Part shown: piece after piece, positions 49,356 to 59,750 of the stretch
Position numbering within the stretch: the first letter of the stretch is position 1
Layout: each line of letters opens with the position of its first letter
Assembly (NCBI GenBank): GCA_021850485.1
Contig: JAJZLY010000007.1
Span: 26,973 to 90,972, forward strand
DNA: 64,000 nt
Reading direction: 5' to 3'
From: Bacillota bacterium
GTDB lineage: Bacteria; Bacillota; Sulfobacillia; JAJZYS01; JAJZLH01
Program-made: the position numbers and the translations under genes
The notes under the pieces: model-generated
What the model was told of the DNA's origin: nothing
Seen by the model: only the letters and a program-made list of their open reading frames with translations
Database searches by the model: none

Positions 49356-51134
49356 TTAGCCTTTACCCTTGCCCTTGCCGCCGGTCGCACGAGGCGCCGG
49401 AGTCCGGGCTCCGCCAGCGCCGGCCGCGGCCTTGCGGCCCGCACCGCCAAAGAATAGACCGGATCCGGTGGCGGGCGTGACCGTGGCGGTCACCACCCGC
49501 TCACCAGCACTGAGCCCAGAGATGATCTGGGTGTCGACCGTGTTGGACAACCCTGCCACCACCTTTTTCACCACTGGCCGGCCGCCGACCAATACCACCA
49601 CGCTGGCCTGGGAACCAGATCCGCTGACCGCGACCGCCGGCACCATCAGCGTATGGGCGATGGTGGTGATGTGGATCGACGCATTGGCGGCCATGCCGCT
49701 TTTCAGGCTGCCACCGGCATTCTGGTTGATGTTGATGGTCACGTCGAAACTGGAAACGCCAAGGCTGTTGGTACCGGTGGGGGCAATGGTGACGACCGTC
49801 CCTGGCAGCGTCTGGCCGGGAAGGGCGTCTGTCGTGATTTGCACGGCCTGCCCCACCGCTACCTGAGCCAGTTGGGTCTGATCGATCGGCACGACCAACT
49901 GCAGGGCGTTTGGATTCTCGATCGAGAAGGCGGGGGTGGCACCGCCGGCGGTGGCCGCATTGTCTCCCACGGCGACGTCCACCGCGGTCACTGTGCCACT
50001 GATCGGACTGGTCATGCGCAGGCCTGCTAGCGCGATTTCGGCCTCGGTCACCGCCGACTGATCGGCCGCCTGTCTGGCTTGCAGTGAGGCCAAGGTCGCG
50101 GCGGTGGTCGGTGCTGGGTTGAGCAAGGTGGCAAGCGTCGCCTGGTCGGCGCTGAGCGTCGCCTGATCCTGGATCACTGCCTGCTGGGCGGCCGGGCTGC
50201 TTACCGTGAGCACCGTCGATCCCGCTTGGACCAGTTGCCCCGACGAGGCATCCACTGCATCCACCGTGCCCGTCGCAGGCGCGGTCACGGCCGCCACCTG
50301 GGAGTAAGTGACGGGACCGTTCATGATGTAGATGCCGGGGGTTCCCAGCAACACCACCACATCGACGCCAGCGTTCAACTCGGTGCCCGGGTTGGTCAGG
50401 GTGACAGTGACCGGAAACACGGGCTGGCCCTTGACCGTACCAGAGGCAGCGTTGCCGATCTGGGTGATGGTTGCTGGAAGATTCGTACCCAAGTCGGTCT
50501 GCACGGTGGCGGCCTGACCCACCGACAGGCTGGGCAAGTCGAATTGGAAGACATTGCCGGTGACGGTGATCACGCTGGGGCTGGCAATGGTGAACAGGGT
50601 CTGTCCGGCTCCGACCGACTGACCAGGAATCACATTCAGCGACTGGACGAAGCCGCTCTGCGGCGCCGTTACCGTGAGCCCCGCCACCACCTGCTGGTCG
50701 GCGGTCAAGCGCTGTTGATCCAACTGCACCTTGTCCTGTTGGGCGGTGATCTGGGCCTGGGATGCGGCCGGCGGCTGCGTGGCCGCGGCCAGACTCGCCT
50801 GGTCCGCAGCCAACGCCGCCTGGGCCGTGAGCAATTGGTTTTCCAGCTTGCCGCCATCGGACTCAGTGGCCAGCAGCTGCCCCGCCACCACCTGGCTGCC
50901 CACGGTCACGCCAACCGACGTGATGGTGCCTGCCTGCGAAGGATAGACATTCGCCGTCGTGGCGGACTGGACTGTGCCCGACCCAGTCACGTCCACGCTG
51001 AGCGCCCCATAGGTGACCGGGGCCACGGCATACTCCAGGGCGCCGGTGCCCGGCTTGGCCAACAGACGATGGCCCACAAACAGCACCAAGACAAGTCCGA
51101 CCACGATGCCGATCACGGTCAGAGTCCGTTTCAT
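49356..51134 (-). CDS. Efflux periplasmic adaptor (HlyD/MacA-like membrane-fusion protein), duplicated core with Gly/Lys-rich tail
   Basis: N-terminal TM anchor and coiled-coil/lipoyl-like segments repeated twice. C-terminal GGAGRKAAAGAGG...GGKGKGKG tail. ATG 51132-51134. Confidence 0.7.
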   Translation of the reverse strand: MKRTLTVIGIVVGLVLVLFVGHRLLAKPGTGALEYAVAPVTYGALSVDVTGSGTVQSATTANVYPSQAGTITSVGVTVGSQVVAGQLLATESDGGKLENQLLTAQAALAADQASLAAATQPPAASQAQITAQQDKVQLDQQRLTADQQVVAGLTVTAPQSGFVQSLNVIPGQSVGAGQTLFTIASPSVITVTGNVFQFDLPSLSVGQAATVQTDLGTNLPATITQIGNAASGTVKGQPVFPVTVTLTNPGTELNAGVDVVVLLGTPGIYIMNGPVTYSQVAAVTAPATGTVDAVDASSGQLVQAGSTVLTVSSPAAQQAVIQDQATLSADQATLATLLNPAPTTAATLASLQARQAADQSAVTEAEIALAGLRMTSPISGTVTAVDVAVGDNAATAGGATPAFSIENPNALQLVVPIDQTQLAQVAVGQAVQITTDALPGQTLPGTVVTIAPTGTNSLGVSSFDVTININQNAGGSLKSGMAANASIHITTIAHTLMVPAVAVSGSGSQASVVVLVGGRPVVKKVVAGLSNTVDTQIISGLSAGERVVTATVTPATGSGLFFGGAGRKAAAGAGGARTPAPRATGGKGKGKG

Positions 51135-51367
51135 CTGCGCTTGATCCCTCCACCGATCATCAGATTCCACACGGCTTAGCCCAGGATGCCGATCCGCTGG
51201 CCCGAGGCGGGCCCCCCTCATAGTACGAAAGCGAACTGCCGTGCGGACTAAGAGATTGCTGAATCTTTGCGGGCAGATGCCATGTCCCGGCAGGCGCACC
51301 GGTTGGGCAGGACTTTAAGCGCCGGAGCCAAGAACTGACTAGTCGGCTCGAGCAAGGGGGCACGATC

Positions 51368-53392
51368 GTGAGCGACCATCTGCAGCCGGAGGATCTGTTC
51401 AACGTGACACTGGGTGGCGCAATGCAGGCACTGCCCGACGGCCGGATCGTGTACCTGGAGTCCCGGCTCGACCGCCACGACAACTCAGCCCACACCCGAC
51501 TGATGGTCCTCACTGCCGGCGGTCGCCCGGTCCCGTTCAGCCGCGGACCGCACGACTCTTCGCCCTCTCTCTCCCCAGACGGCCGCCAGATGGCGTTTCT
51601 CGCCCGCCAGCTGGACGCAAGCCAGCTGTGGGTGATGCCTGTGAGCGGCGGCGAGGCGCGCCAGGTTTCAGATCTGAAGGGCGGCGTCCAGTCCTTCGCC
51701 TGGGCCCCAGATAGCCGCTCGCTGGCGCTGATCTCGGTCGTGGACGGAGATCGCCTCCAAGCCGCTTCCAACAAGGGGCAGACCGACCAGAAACGGCACA
51801 CGGCCGGCGTGCACATCACCTCTTCGGCCTATTACAAGCTCGATGGCGAGGGGCTGTTCGGCCCGGGCCAGACCCAGATCGTGCACCAGCCGCTGAATGG
51901 TGCGGCCCGTCTGCTCACCGACTGGTCACGGCGGATCGAGCAGGTGACCTTCAGTGCGGACGGCAAGCAGCTGTGGTTCATCAGCCAGGGGCTAGAACTG
52001 CCGGATGTGAACTGGTCTGAACTGTGGCAACTGGATCTTGGCTCTAGCGCAGGCCCGCGCCATGTGGCCGGGGGTGCCAATTGGTCGGTGGATCAGGTGA
52101 TCGCCGACCCCGACTGTCCGCGGCTGCTGGTGGTCGCCTCTGACCCCGGCCAACTGGGCTACGGCAACGAGCAGCTCTATCTGCTGCAAGCAGACCATCG
52201 GCCGGTCCGGCTTCTGGCCGACCTGGACCGTCCGATCGGCGATCTCAGCGCCTGCGATCTGGTGCCGCCGAGCGGGCCCAGCGTGATCTGGCCGAGCGGC
52301 CAGCCCATGCCCTATGCCCTGGTCTCCACCGAGGGCAAGGTTGACGTGGTCCAGGTGCCGCTGGATGGTGGTCCCGGCCGCACACTGACCGCAGGTGATC
52401 AGGCAGTTCATGCCATGGCCCTTCACCCCAAGGGGTTGGTGGTGGCCCGCTCCACCCCGACTGAGCCTTCGGAGATCGTTTTGCTTACGGGCGGCCGGGA
52501 GCGGGTGCTGGTGCGCCTGAATCGCGCCCTGCTCCGCCGCCACCCGCCGCTGGTGCCGATTCGCTTGGCGGCCCAGGCCCCAGGGGGACCAGCGCTGGAT
52601 GCCTGGGTGCTGCTGCCCGCCACGGCGCCCGGTCAGCGGGTGCCAGCGGTGTTGAGCATCCACGGCGGTCCGATGATGATGTACGGGCGTGCCTACAACT
52701 TCGAATGGCAGATCCTCGCTGCCTTAGGCGTGGCGGTGATCGCGTGCAATCCCCGGGGCTCCCAGGGATATGGGCAGGCGTTTTGCGCGGCCATCCGCGA
52801 GGAATGGGGGGCACGCGACCAGGCCGACTTGATGGCGGCCTGCGACCAGGCCCTGTCAGCCTTTTCGGCGATCGACCCAGATCGCCTCGGCGTCAGTGGC
52901 GGATCATACGGCGGCTTCATGACCACCTGGCTGATCGGTCACACCAACCGCTTCAAAGCCGCCCACGCCGCCCGCTCGGTCACCGACTGGCGGCAGATGG
53001 CCGGCACTTCGGACGGATTCTGGCATTGGCACCACCAGCTCGGCGGCGCACCGTGGCAGGACATCGCGGCGTACAGCCAGCAGTCACCGCTCACCTATGT
53101 GGATCAGGTGCACACGCCGGTGCTGATCGAGCACCAAGAAGGCGACTTGCGCTGTCCGATCGGCCAGGGAGAGACCTATTTCACAGCGCTCAAGGCTCTG
53201 GGCAAGACCGCGGTCTTTGTCCGTTACCCAGGCGAGTTTCACGGCATGGTGCGAAACGGTAAGCCGTGGCACCGGGTGCATCGGCTCGGGCTGCTCAGCG
53301 ACTGGTGGCGACACTTTTTGCTAGGAGAGCCTGCGGCACCCGCACTGGCCGGCCACCTGGGCGTCAGTTCCGGATCGGCCGGGACTGCTTAG
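51368..53392 (+). CDS. S9-family serine peptidase (prolyl oligopeptidase/acylaminoacyl-peptidase type)
   Basis: N-terminal beta-propeller and C-terminal alpha/beta hydrolase with the GGSYGG catalytic serine motif. GTG start. Confidence 0.8.
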   Translation: MSDHLQPEDLFNVTLGGAMQALPDGRIVYLESRLDRHDNSAHTRLMVLTAGGRPVPFSRGPHDSSPSLSPDGRQMAFLARQLDASQLWVMPVSGGEARQVSDLKGGVQSFAWAPDSRSLALISVVDGDRLQAASNKGQTDQKRHTAGVHITSSAYYKLDGEGLFGPGQTQIVHQPLNGAARLLTDWSRRIEQVTFSADGKQLWFISQGLELPDVNWSELWQLDLGSSAGPRHVAGGANWSVDQVIADPDCPRLLVVASDPGQLGYGNEQLYLLQADHRPVRLLADLDRPIGDLSACDLVPPSGPSVIWPSGQPMPYALVSTEGKVDVVQVPLDGGPGRTLTAGDQAVHAMALHPKGLVVARSTPTEPSEIVLLTGGRERVLVRLNRALLRRHPPLVPIRLAAQAPGGPALDAWVLLPATAPGQRVPAVLSIHGGPMMMYGRAYNFEWQILAALGVAVIACNPRGSQGYGQAFCAAIREEWGARDQADLMAACDQALSAFSAIDPDRLGVSGGSYGGFMTTWLIGHTNRFKAAHAARSVTDWRQMAGTSDGFWHWHHQLGGAPWQDIAAYSQQSPLTYVDQVHTPVLIEHQEGDLRCPIGQGETYFTALKALGKTAVFVRYPGEFHGMVRNGKPWHRVHRLGLLSDWWRHFLLGEPAAPALAGHLGVSSGSAGTA

Positions 53393-54342
53393 GGGCTTTG
53401 CAGCGGCACCTGGGCTAGGTGCAACGTCTTGCCGATCAGCACGTAGGCCACGCTTTGCCCGTTGGTACCCAGCAGGGCGTTGGCCTGGGCCCCAAGAGAC
53501 AGGCTGACCATGGCCTGAGACTGGGCCAAAAAGACACTGTAGGTACCATGCTGATCGACCAGCGCATAGCCAGGCCCGACCGCATAGGGTGCGTCTAAGA
53601 GCAGCCCGCTGGGCAGGGCCAGGTGCGCCAATTGACCACCCGACGCGCTGTAGGCGTCGAAGCGGGGTGCGGACGGCTGGGCCGTCAGCGGAAAGCCGAA
53701 AATCCATCCGGCAGAGAGCATGGGGTCCAGCAGCGGCGCCGGCAGTGCCGCCACGGTGTGCGTGGTGCCCGCCGGAAGCGTCACGGCGACCAGGGTGGCA
53801 TTGCCGCTGAGGCCGCTGACCTCCGCCAGATAGCTTGACCCGAGCAAGCCGACTGCCCGGTTCGGCGGCACCGACAAGGTGGCCACCGCCTGGTTGGCCA
53901 GATCAAGGACAAAGGTCTGCTGGCTGCCATCGGCCAGCGTGACCTGCACGACCACGAAATTCGGGTCCGCCTTGACCACCATCGCCTGCGCTGGCTGGAC
54001 CAAATCCGCCATCGACAAACCGGCCCCGTGCAGCGGTTGGAGCAATACGCTGGTTCCGCCTTGGGCTGGCACCAGGCAGACCAGGTCTCCCTTGGCGTCG
54101 CCGCTGAGCACACAATTCTCGCCAGGCTGCAGCACCAGCTGTTGCGGCTTCCAGGCCGCCAGGCCGCTGATCAGGAGGTCAGAGCCGTGGCGGACGGCAA
54201 TCTGGTTAGAGACCACCTGCAGGTCCTGCACGTGCGGCAGGGCGATCGTCCACTGCCGGACAGCGGTGCTGGCCCCGCCACAGGCGGCCAGCGCCAGCAG
54301 ACATACGGCCGCCAGCCCGGCCGCCACCCGGCTCCTAAGCAC
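53389..54342 (-). CDS. Hypothetical lipoprotein
   Basis: Signal peptide with lipobox LLALAAC; the rest is probably a beta-rich domain of unknown function. Confidence 0.5.
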   Translation of the reverse strand: MLRSRVAAGLAAVCLLALAACGGASTAVRQWTIALPHVQDLQVVSNQIAVRHGSDLLISGLAAWKPQQLVLQPGENCVLSGDAKGDLVCLVPAQGGTSVLLQPLHGAGLSMADLVQPAQAMVVKADPNFVVVQVTLADGSQQTFVLDLANQAVATLSVPPNRAVGLLGSSYLAEVSGLSGNATLVAVTLPAGTTHTVAALPAPLLDPMLSAGWIFGFPLTAQPSAPRFDAYSASGGQLAHLALPSGLLLDAPYAVGPGYALVDQHGTYSVFLAQSQAMVSLSLGAQANALLGTNGQSVAYVLIGKTLHLAQVPLQSP

Positions 54343-55747
54343 TTCTCCCTTGCGCGGACTGAGCCGCGTCGCGGATGCTCTCGACCAAGGTGGGGTGGGC
54401 GTGATTGGTTGCGGCCAGGTCGAAGACGGTGGCCTCCATCCAAGTGGCCAGCACCCCTTCTTGCAGCAAATCGGTGGCGTGCGGGCCGACGATGTGCAAT
54501 CCGAGCAGATCGCCGCGCTCCTTGTCGCAAACCACCTTGGTCATGCCCTCGCTGTCGCCGGCGATCAGGGCCTTGCCGTTGGCCTTGAAGTAACTCTTGC
54601 CGATCGACACCTGGCGGCCTTTGTCTTTGGCCTGGCGCTCGCTGAGGCCAACAGACGCCACCTCCGGACGGCTGTAAGTGCACCGGGGCAGCCGATTGTA
54701 GTCGATGGACTCTGGGTTGCGGCCGACGATCTGCTCCACGGCCGTGACCCCTTCCAGCACGGCGACGTGGGCGAGCTGCAGGTGGCCGATCACATCGCCG
54801 ATGGCATAGATGTTGGGGTCGGCCGTCTGACAGTGGCCGTCCACCTCGATGCCCTGAGCGCTCACCTTCACCTTTTGGTTGTTCTCCAGGCCGAAGCCGT
54901 CGGCAACCGGCGCCCGGCCGATGGCTACCAAGAGCACGCCTGCCGTCACGCTTTCCATCTTGTCGCCAACGGCGACTGTGATGCTGATGCCGTCTGCGGT
55001 CTTCTGATAGCTCTCAGCCACCACCCGAGCACCGGTCAAGATGCGGACCTGGCGCCGGCTGAGGGCCCGGTTGACCACCCGGGCGATCTCCTCGTCTTCC
55101 AGCGGCAAGACCTCAGAGGCCATCTCGATCAAGGTGACCGCCACGCCCAAATCGGCGTATAACGACGCCCATTCGCATCCGATGGCGCCAGCACCGACGA
55201 TGGCGACAGAGCCAGGCAGCGTCTCCTGGAGCAGGGCGTGGTCGGAACTGATCACGCGCTCGCCATCGAAGGGCAGCCCAGGCAGGGCTCGTGGTTTGGA
55301 ACCGGTGGCGATGATGATCTTGTCCGGTGAGATCATTTCGGTCTGGCCGTCTTTGGGCTCCACCGCCACCGCCCCCGCCGGTGCGAAGATAGACGGCGGC
55401 AGCAGGGCACCGTGGCCATGGTAGACGGTGATGCCCGCCCGCTTGACCAAGCCCTCGACGCCCCTGTGCAGCTGGTCCACGATCTGTCGCTTGCGGGCAT
55501 GTGCCAACGGGTAGTCCAGGCCCTTGATCTCGATCTGGACGCCAAAGTCGCCGGCGTCTTTGGCTAGAGCCCAGACCTCGGCGGTTCTGAGCAGGGCCTT
55601 GGACGGGATGCAGCCCTTGTGCAGACAGGTGCCGCCCAGTTTGTCTTGCTCAACAATCACGGTCTTCAGCCCGAGCTCGGCGGCGCGCAGAGCGGCCTCG
55701 TAGCCGCCGGTGCCGCCACCCAGGACCAGCAGGTCACAGTCCGCCAT
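54335..55747 (-). CDS. lpdA: Dihydrolipoyl dehydrogenase
   Basis: LLVLGGGTGGYEAA...GGTCLHKGCIPSK redox-active disulfide and a C-terminal dimerisation domain. Confidence 0.9.
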   Translation of the reverse strand: MADCDLLVLGGGTGGYEAALRAAELGLKTVIVEQDKLGGTCLHKGCIPSKALLRTAEVWALAKDAGDFGVQIEIKGLDYPLAHARKRQIVDQLHRGVEGLVKRAGITVYHGHGALLPPSIFAPAGAVAVEPKDGQTEMISPDKIIIATGSKPRALPGLPFDGERVISSDHALLQETLPGSVAIVGAGAIGCEWASLYADLGVAVTLIEMASEVLPLEDEEIARVVNRALSRRQVRILTGARVVAESYQKTADGISITVAVGDKMESVTAGVLLVAIGRAPVADGFGLENNQKVKVSAQGIEVDGHCQTADPNIYAIGDVIGHLQLAHVAVLEGVTAVEQIVGRNPESIDYNRLPRCTYSRPEVASVGLSERQAKDKGRQVSIGKSYFKANGKALIAGDSEGMTKVVCDKERGDLLGLHIVGPHATDLLQEGVLATWMEATVFDLAATNHAHPTLVESIRDAAQSAQGRSA

Positions 55748-55769
55748 CTTGGTTCCTCCTCATCATCAG

Positions 55770-55820
55770 CGCCAGATCCCCTGGCGCGACAGCGCCCGGG
55801 GTTTCCGGGCGCATCTGGCG
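55770..55820. terminator. Nested GC-rich hairpin between the citZ stop and the lpdA start
   Basis: Inner hairpin gcgcccgg-ggttt-ccgggcgc nested in outer arms cgccagat/atctggcg. No clear U-tract. Confidence 0.3.
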
Positions 55821-55821
55821 A

Positions 55822-56946
55822 TCAGCGCTTTTCGATCGGCACCCACAGCTCACGCTCGGGTCCGACGTACTGAGCCCGGGGCCGGATCAGCCGATTGTGG
55901 GCCAACTGCTCCATCACGTGGGTGGTCCAGCCGGCGGTGCGGGCAATGGCGAAGATCGGGGTGAACAGATCGATGGCGATCCCCATCTGATAGTAGACCG
56001 AGCCGGAGTACAGATCGACATTGAGGTAGATGCCCTTTTCTGCGAACACGGTCTGCTCGACCTTCTGGGTCATCCGGAAGTACTTCAGGTCGCCCCGGCG
56101 GGTGCCGATTTCCTCGGAAAACGCTCGCAGGTGGCGCGCTCGGGGATCCTCCGTCCGGTAGACGCGGTGGCCGAACCCTGAGATCTTCTTCTTGTTGGCC
56201 AAGGCGTCCTTGATCCAAGACTCCACCTTGTCCTCGGCCCCGATCTCGAGCAGCATGCGCATCACCTGCTCATTGGCGCCCCCATGCAACGGCCCTTTCA
56301 AGGTGCCGATGGCGGACGTGATCGCCGAGTACATGTCGGACAGGGTGCCGGCCGTGACCCGGGCGGCAAAGGTGGAGGCGTTGAACTCGTGGTCGGCGTG
56401 CAAGATCAGGCAGACGTCCAAGATGTGGGCGTCCTCGTCGACCGGCGGCTCGCCGTGCAGCATGTACAAGAAGTTCTTGGCGAGTCCGAAGTCAGGTCGC
56501 GGCATCACCGGCTTTTGATGGTTGCGCAGCCGGTCGAAGGCGGCGACGATGCTCGGCGTCTTGGCCAGAAGGCGCAGTGCCTTGGTCCGGTCCGTCTGGT
56601 CGCCGACGTGCTCCGATGTCGGATCGCTCAGCGACAGCATCGAGACGGCGGTGCGCAGCACCTCCATCGGGGTAGCCCCGGCCGGCACGCCGGCCAAAAA
56701 CGCCAGCACATCTGGGGGCAAAAACGCTTCCTTGCCGATCGCCTCGGTGAAGGCCTTCAGCTCGGCTGACTTGGGCAGATGGCCGTGCCACAAGAGATAG
56801 GCCACCTCTTCATAGGTGGCCTCCCGTGCCAGATCATCCACATTGTAGCCGCGGTACAGGAGCCTGCCTTCGTGGCCGTCGATGAAGCAGATATCCGACT
56901 CTGCCACCACCACGTCCTCCAGGCCGCGACCGACCGTTTCCTCCAT
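55822..56946 (-). CDS. citZ: Citrate synthase (CitZ type)
   Basis: Canonical citrate synthase motifs (GPLHGGAN, HRVY). ATG 56944-56946 after GGGGGAG; the ORF-track 20-aa N-extension is less likely. Confidence 0.85.
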   Translation of the reverse strand: MEETVGRGLEDVVVAESDICFIDGHEGRLLYRGYNVDDLAREATYEEVAYLLWHGHLPKSAELKAFTEAIGKEAFLPPDVLAFLAGVPAGATPMEVLRTAVSMLSLSDPTSEHVGDQTDRTKALRLLAKTPSIVAAFDRLRNHQKPVMPRPDFGLAKNFLYMLHGEPPVDEDAHILDVCLILHADHEFNASTFAARVTAGTLSDMYSAITSAIGTLKGPLHGGANEQVMRMLLEIGAEDKVESWIKDALANKKKISGFGHRVYRTEDPRARHLRAFSEEIGTRRGDLKYFRMTQKVEQTVFAEKGIYLNVDLYSGSVYYQMGIAIDLFTPIFAIARTAGWTTHVMEQLAHNRLIRPRAQYVGPERELWVPIEKR

Positions 56947-57034
56947 ATCGCTCTCCCCCTTCTTCCTGCTGTCGCCCGTAGCGACTGGCTTGTTGTTCTC
57001 CCCCATTCTACGCCTTCACCACCAAGTTCGCCGC

Positions 57035-57910
57035 TCAGCGCAGATCGGCGAGCAGACCTTCCCACTGGCCTGGCGTCAGGTCCAACGACTGTTCGGTCAG
57101 CGGCTGGGTGGAAAATCCCGCCACCTGATCCTCGTAGGCGAGGGCGCTGTCGTCTCGGAACAATAGCCCGGTCACCAGCTCATCCGTCTCCATCGCCCGG
57201 GCCATCGCCGCCTGACGGTCGTCCGTCCGGTAGCCAGGGTCGTCCTTCAGCGATCGCAGCACTTCTTTGTACCAGGCGTAGGTGTTGACCTTGTTGTAGG
57301 TGACGCAGGGGCTGATCACGTTGAGGAATGAAAAGCCGCGATGGCCCAGTGCGCTCTTGATCAGTTCGACCAACTCGGCCTGGTTGGAACTGAACCCCTG
57401 GCCCACCCAGGTGGCACCAGCTGCAAGCGCCATCTGCAGCGGCCGGACCGGAGCCTCGATCGAACCCTCGGGTGCGGTTTTCACCTTGGCGCCACGGTCC
57501 GAGGTCGGCGAATTCTGGCCCTTGGTCAGTCCATAGATGTGGTTGTCCATGGTCAGATAGGTGACATCCACATTTCTGCGACAGGCGTGGATAAAGTGGC
57601 CCATGCCGATGGCAAAGCCGTCGCCGTCTCCGCCCACCGCCAGCACCTTCAGGTCCCGGTTGGCCAGTTTGACGCCCATGGCTGTAGGCAGGGTCCGGCC
57701 GTGCACCACGTGGATGTTGTAGGAGTTGATGTAGTTGCCGATCTTGCCAGAGCAGCCGATACCGGCCACCATCACCATCTCATGCGGTGCGATTTGCAGG
57801 TCGATGACCGACTTTTGCAAGGCGGCCAGCACCCCGAAGTCCCCACAGCCCGGACACCACCACGACTTCTCATCGGTCTTGATGTCGGCCAGGGTGATCG
57901 GCTCTGCCAC
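57035..57910 (-). CDS. korB: 2-oxoacid:ferredoxin oxidoreductase beta subunit (TPP-binding)
   Basis: WCPGCGDFG... and the GDG TPP-binding motif (VGGDGDGFAIGMGH). Confidence 0.85.
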   Translation of the reverse strand: MAEPITLADIKTDEKSWWCPGCGDFGVLAALQKSVIDLQIAPHEMVMVAGIGCSGKIGNYINSYNIHVVHGRTLPTAMGVKLANRDLKVLAVGGDGDGFAIGMGHFIHACRRNVDVTYLTMDNHIYGLTKGQNSPTSDRGAKVKTAPEGSIEAPVRPLQMALAAGATWVGQGFSSNQAELVELIKSALGHRGFSFLNVISPCVTYNKVNTYAWYKEVLRSLKDDPGYRTDDRQAAMARAMETDELVTGLLFRDDSALAYEDQVAGFSTQPLTEQSLDLTPGQWEGLLADLR

Positions 57911-59680
57911 TCAGGACACCCCCTTCGCAGTCGCCAGTTGCCGGCCGGACAAAATGGCGGTCAGGATTTCAGACGGCAAGAACAGTGTGCCATCGTAGCG
58001 GCGCAAATGGGCGGTGTGCGGGTGGTGCAGACCGCTCATCTCGGCCAGCTGAGCGAGCTGCCCTTGGCCGTTTTGCTCGACGAACAAGACGGCCGCCGCC
58101 CGACCCGCCGCAGCCAGAACCTCGGCGGCCGGGAACGGCCACAGTCGGCGAATTTGCAACCTGGCCACCGCCGCTGACTCCTGGGCCAGGGCGACCGCCT
58201 CGTCGACCGGACCAACGGTTGAACCGAAGGTGATCACCAGCACGTCCGACCGCTCTGGCCCCAGATATTCGGTGCCTGGCTCCGACTGGCTCAGGGTGGA
58301 CAGCTTTTGCTCCCGCTTGTCCATCTCCAGCCGACGGTTTTTGGGGTCCTCCGAAACCTTGCCAGATGGCAGGTGCTCCACCCCGGTGGCCAGGTACTGG
58401 CCTTTGGCCTGCCCGGGCAGACTTCTCGGCGACACCCCAGACGCGGTCACCTGGTAGCGGCTGTAGGCATCGGTCAGCGCCAACAGTTCGGCTTGGCTGA
58501 TCAAGGAGCCGCGGCTGATCGAGACGTCCGCATACGGCAAATCGTCGACCGTCTGCAGCCACTCGCCCAGGGACAGGTCAGAGGCCACGATCACCGGCAG
58601 ATGGTAGGCTTCGGCGAGATTGAAGGCATGGCCGATATCCCGGTAGGCCTGCTCCGGCGTGCCCGGTGCCAACACCACGCGGGCGGCCCCGCCGTGGCCG
58701 CCGAAGATGGCCGCCATGATGTCCGACTGCTCGTTTTTGGTCGGCATGCCGGTGGATGGACCAGCCCGCTGGCAGTCGACGATCACGGCCGGCACTTCAG
58801 CTGATGCCGCCAGGCCCATTCCCTCTTGCATCAGGGAAAATCCAGGGCCGGAGGTGGCGGTCATGGCCCGCACCCCAGCGTAGCCGGCGCCAATCACCAA
58901 GGTGATGGCGGCGATCTCGTCCTCCATCTGGCAGACCACGCCGCCCAAAGGCGGCAATAGCGTGACCAGCTGCTCCATGATGTCCGTGGCCGGCGTGATC
59001 GGGTAGGCCGCCATGATCCGACACCCGGCCCGCACCGCCCCCAGGGCCACCGCCTGATTGCCGGTCAGGAGCAACCGGTGGGCCGGCGCCACCTCAGGCA
59101 GACGCACGGCCAGACCGTCTGGCATCTGAGCCAAGGCTGCGGCGTGCCCTTCGCCCAGGGCGCGCACGTTTTGGCTCACCATCTCTGCACCCTTGCGCTC
59201 AAACTTCTCGCTGACATAGGCAGAAAAGGCCTCCATCGGCAGGTGCAAGAGGGCGGCCGACGCCCCCACCGCCACCATGTTCCGGGTCAAGGGATTGCCG
59301 ATCTGGCGGGCGATCTGGGCCATGGGAATGCCAATCAGGGTCAGCTCCGAGCCCGCCGGCAAGCTGGGCGAGAAGGCCAGATCGGCCACCACCGCACCGC
59401 CGGGGCTCAGCTCTTGGACATTTTTGTCAATCGTCTCTTGAGTCAGCGCCACCAACACCTGAGTGGTTGCACTGGCAGCCCGCACCGGATGGTCGGCGAT
59501 CCGCACCTTGTAGTGCGTGTGTCCACCCTTGATCCGGGAGGAAAACGACTTGTAGCCGTAGATGTGATAGCCCAGACGGTTGGCGACGGTGGCCACCACG
59601 TCGCCGGTGGAGTCGATGCCCTCCCCCTGGTCGCCGCCGATCTTCCAGCCTACCTCGCCCACCTCTGGGCCTCCTCGCAT
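57911..59680 (-). CDS. korA: 2-oxoacid:ferredoxin oxidoreductase alpha subunit
   Basis: KIGGDQGEGIDSTGDV... is the KorA N-terminus; its stop abuts the korB GTG. Confidence 0.85.
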   Translation of the reverse strand: MRGGPEVGEVGWKIGGDQGEGIDSTGDVVATVANRLGYHIYGYKSFSSRIKGGHTHYKVRIADHPVRAASATTQVLVALTQETIDKNVQELSPGGAVVADLAFSPSLPAGSELTLIGIPMAQIARQIGNPLTRNMVAVGASAALLHLPMEAFSAYVSEKFERKGAEMVSQNVRALGEGHAAALAQMPDGLAVRLPEVAPAHRLLLTGNQAVALGAVRAGCRIMAAYPITPATDIMEQLVTLLPPLGGVVCQMEDEIAAITLVIGAGYAGVRAMTATSGPGFSLMQEGMGLAASAEVPAVIVDCQRAGPSTGMPTKNEQSDIMAAIFGGHGGAARVVLAPGTPEQAYRDIGHAFNLAEAYHLPVIVASDLSLGEWLQTVDDLPYADVSISRGSLISQAELLALTDAYSRYQVTASGVSPRSLPGQAKGQYLATGVEHLPSGKVSEDPKNRRLEMDKREQKLSTLSQSEPGTEYLGPERSDVLVITFGSTVGPVDEAVALAQESAAVARLQIRRLWPFPAAEVLAAAGRAAAVLFVEQNGQGQLAQLAEMSGLHHPHTAHLRRYDGTLFLPSEILTAILSGRQLATAKGVS

Positions 59681-59733
59681 CGAAATCTGACTCCAATCTA
59701 CACTCTCGGTGCCTATAATGAAAATGCGAACAT

Positions 59734-59750
59734 GGTATCGATCTCATACC
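59734..59750. promoter_or_regulatory. Candidate LysR-type binding dyad in the korA-LysR divergent intergenic region
   Basis: GGTATCGATCTCATACC: 5-bp inverted arms containing T-N11-A (tATCGATCTCATa), 22 nt upstream of the LysR TTG. A TATAAT hexamer lies at 59714-59719. Confidence 0.3.

Noticed and set aside
57004-57006. ORF-track ATG start of citZ giving a 20-aa N-terminal extension (MGENNKPVATGDSRKKGESD).
   Set aside because: The downstream ATG at 56944-56946 has a much stronger SD (GGGGGAG) and gives the conserved citrate-synthase N-terminus.
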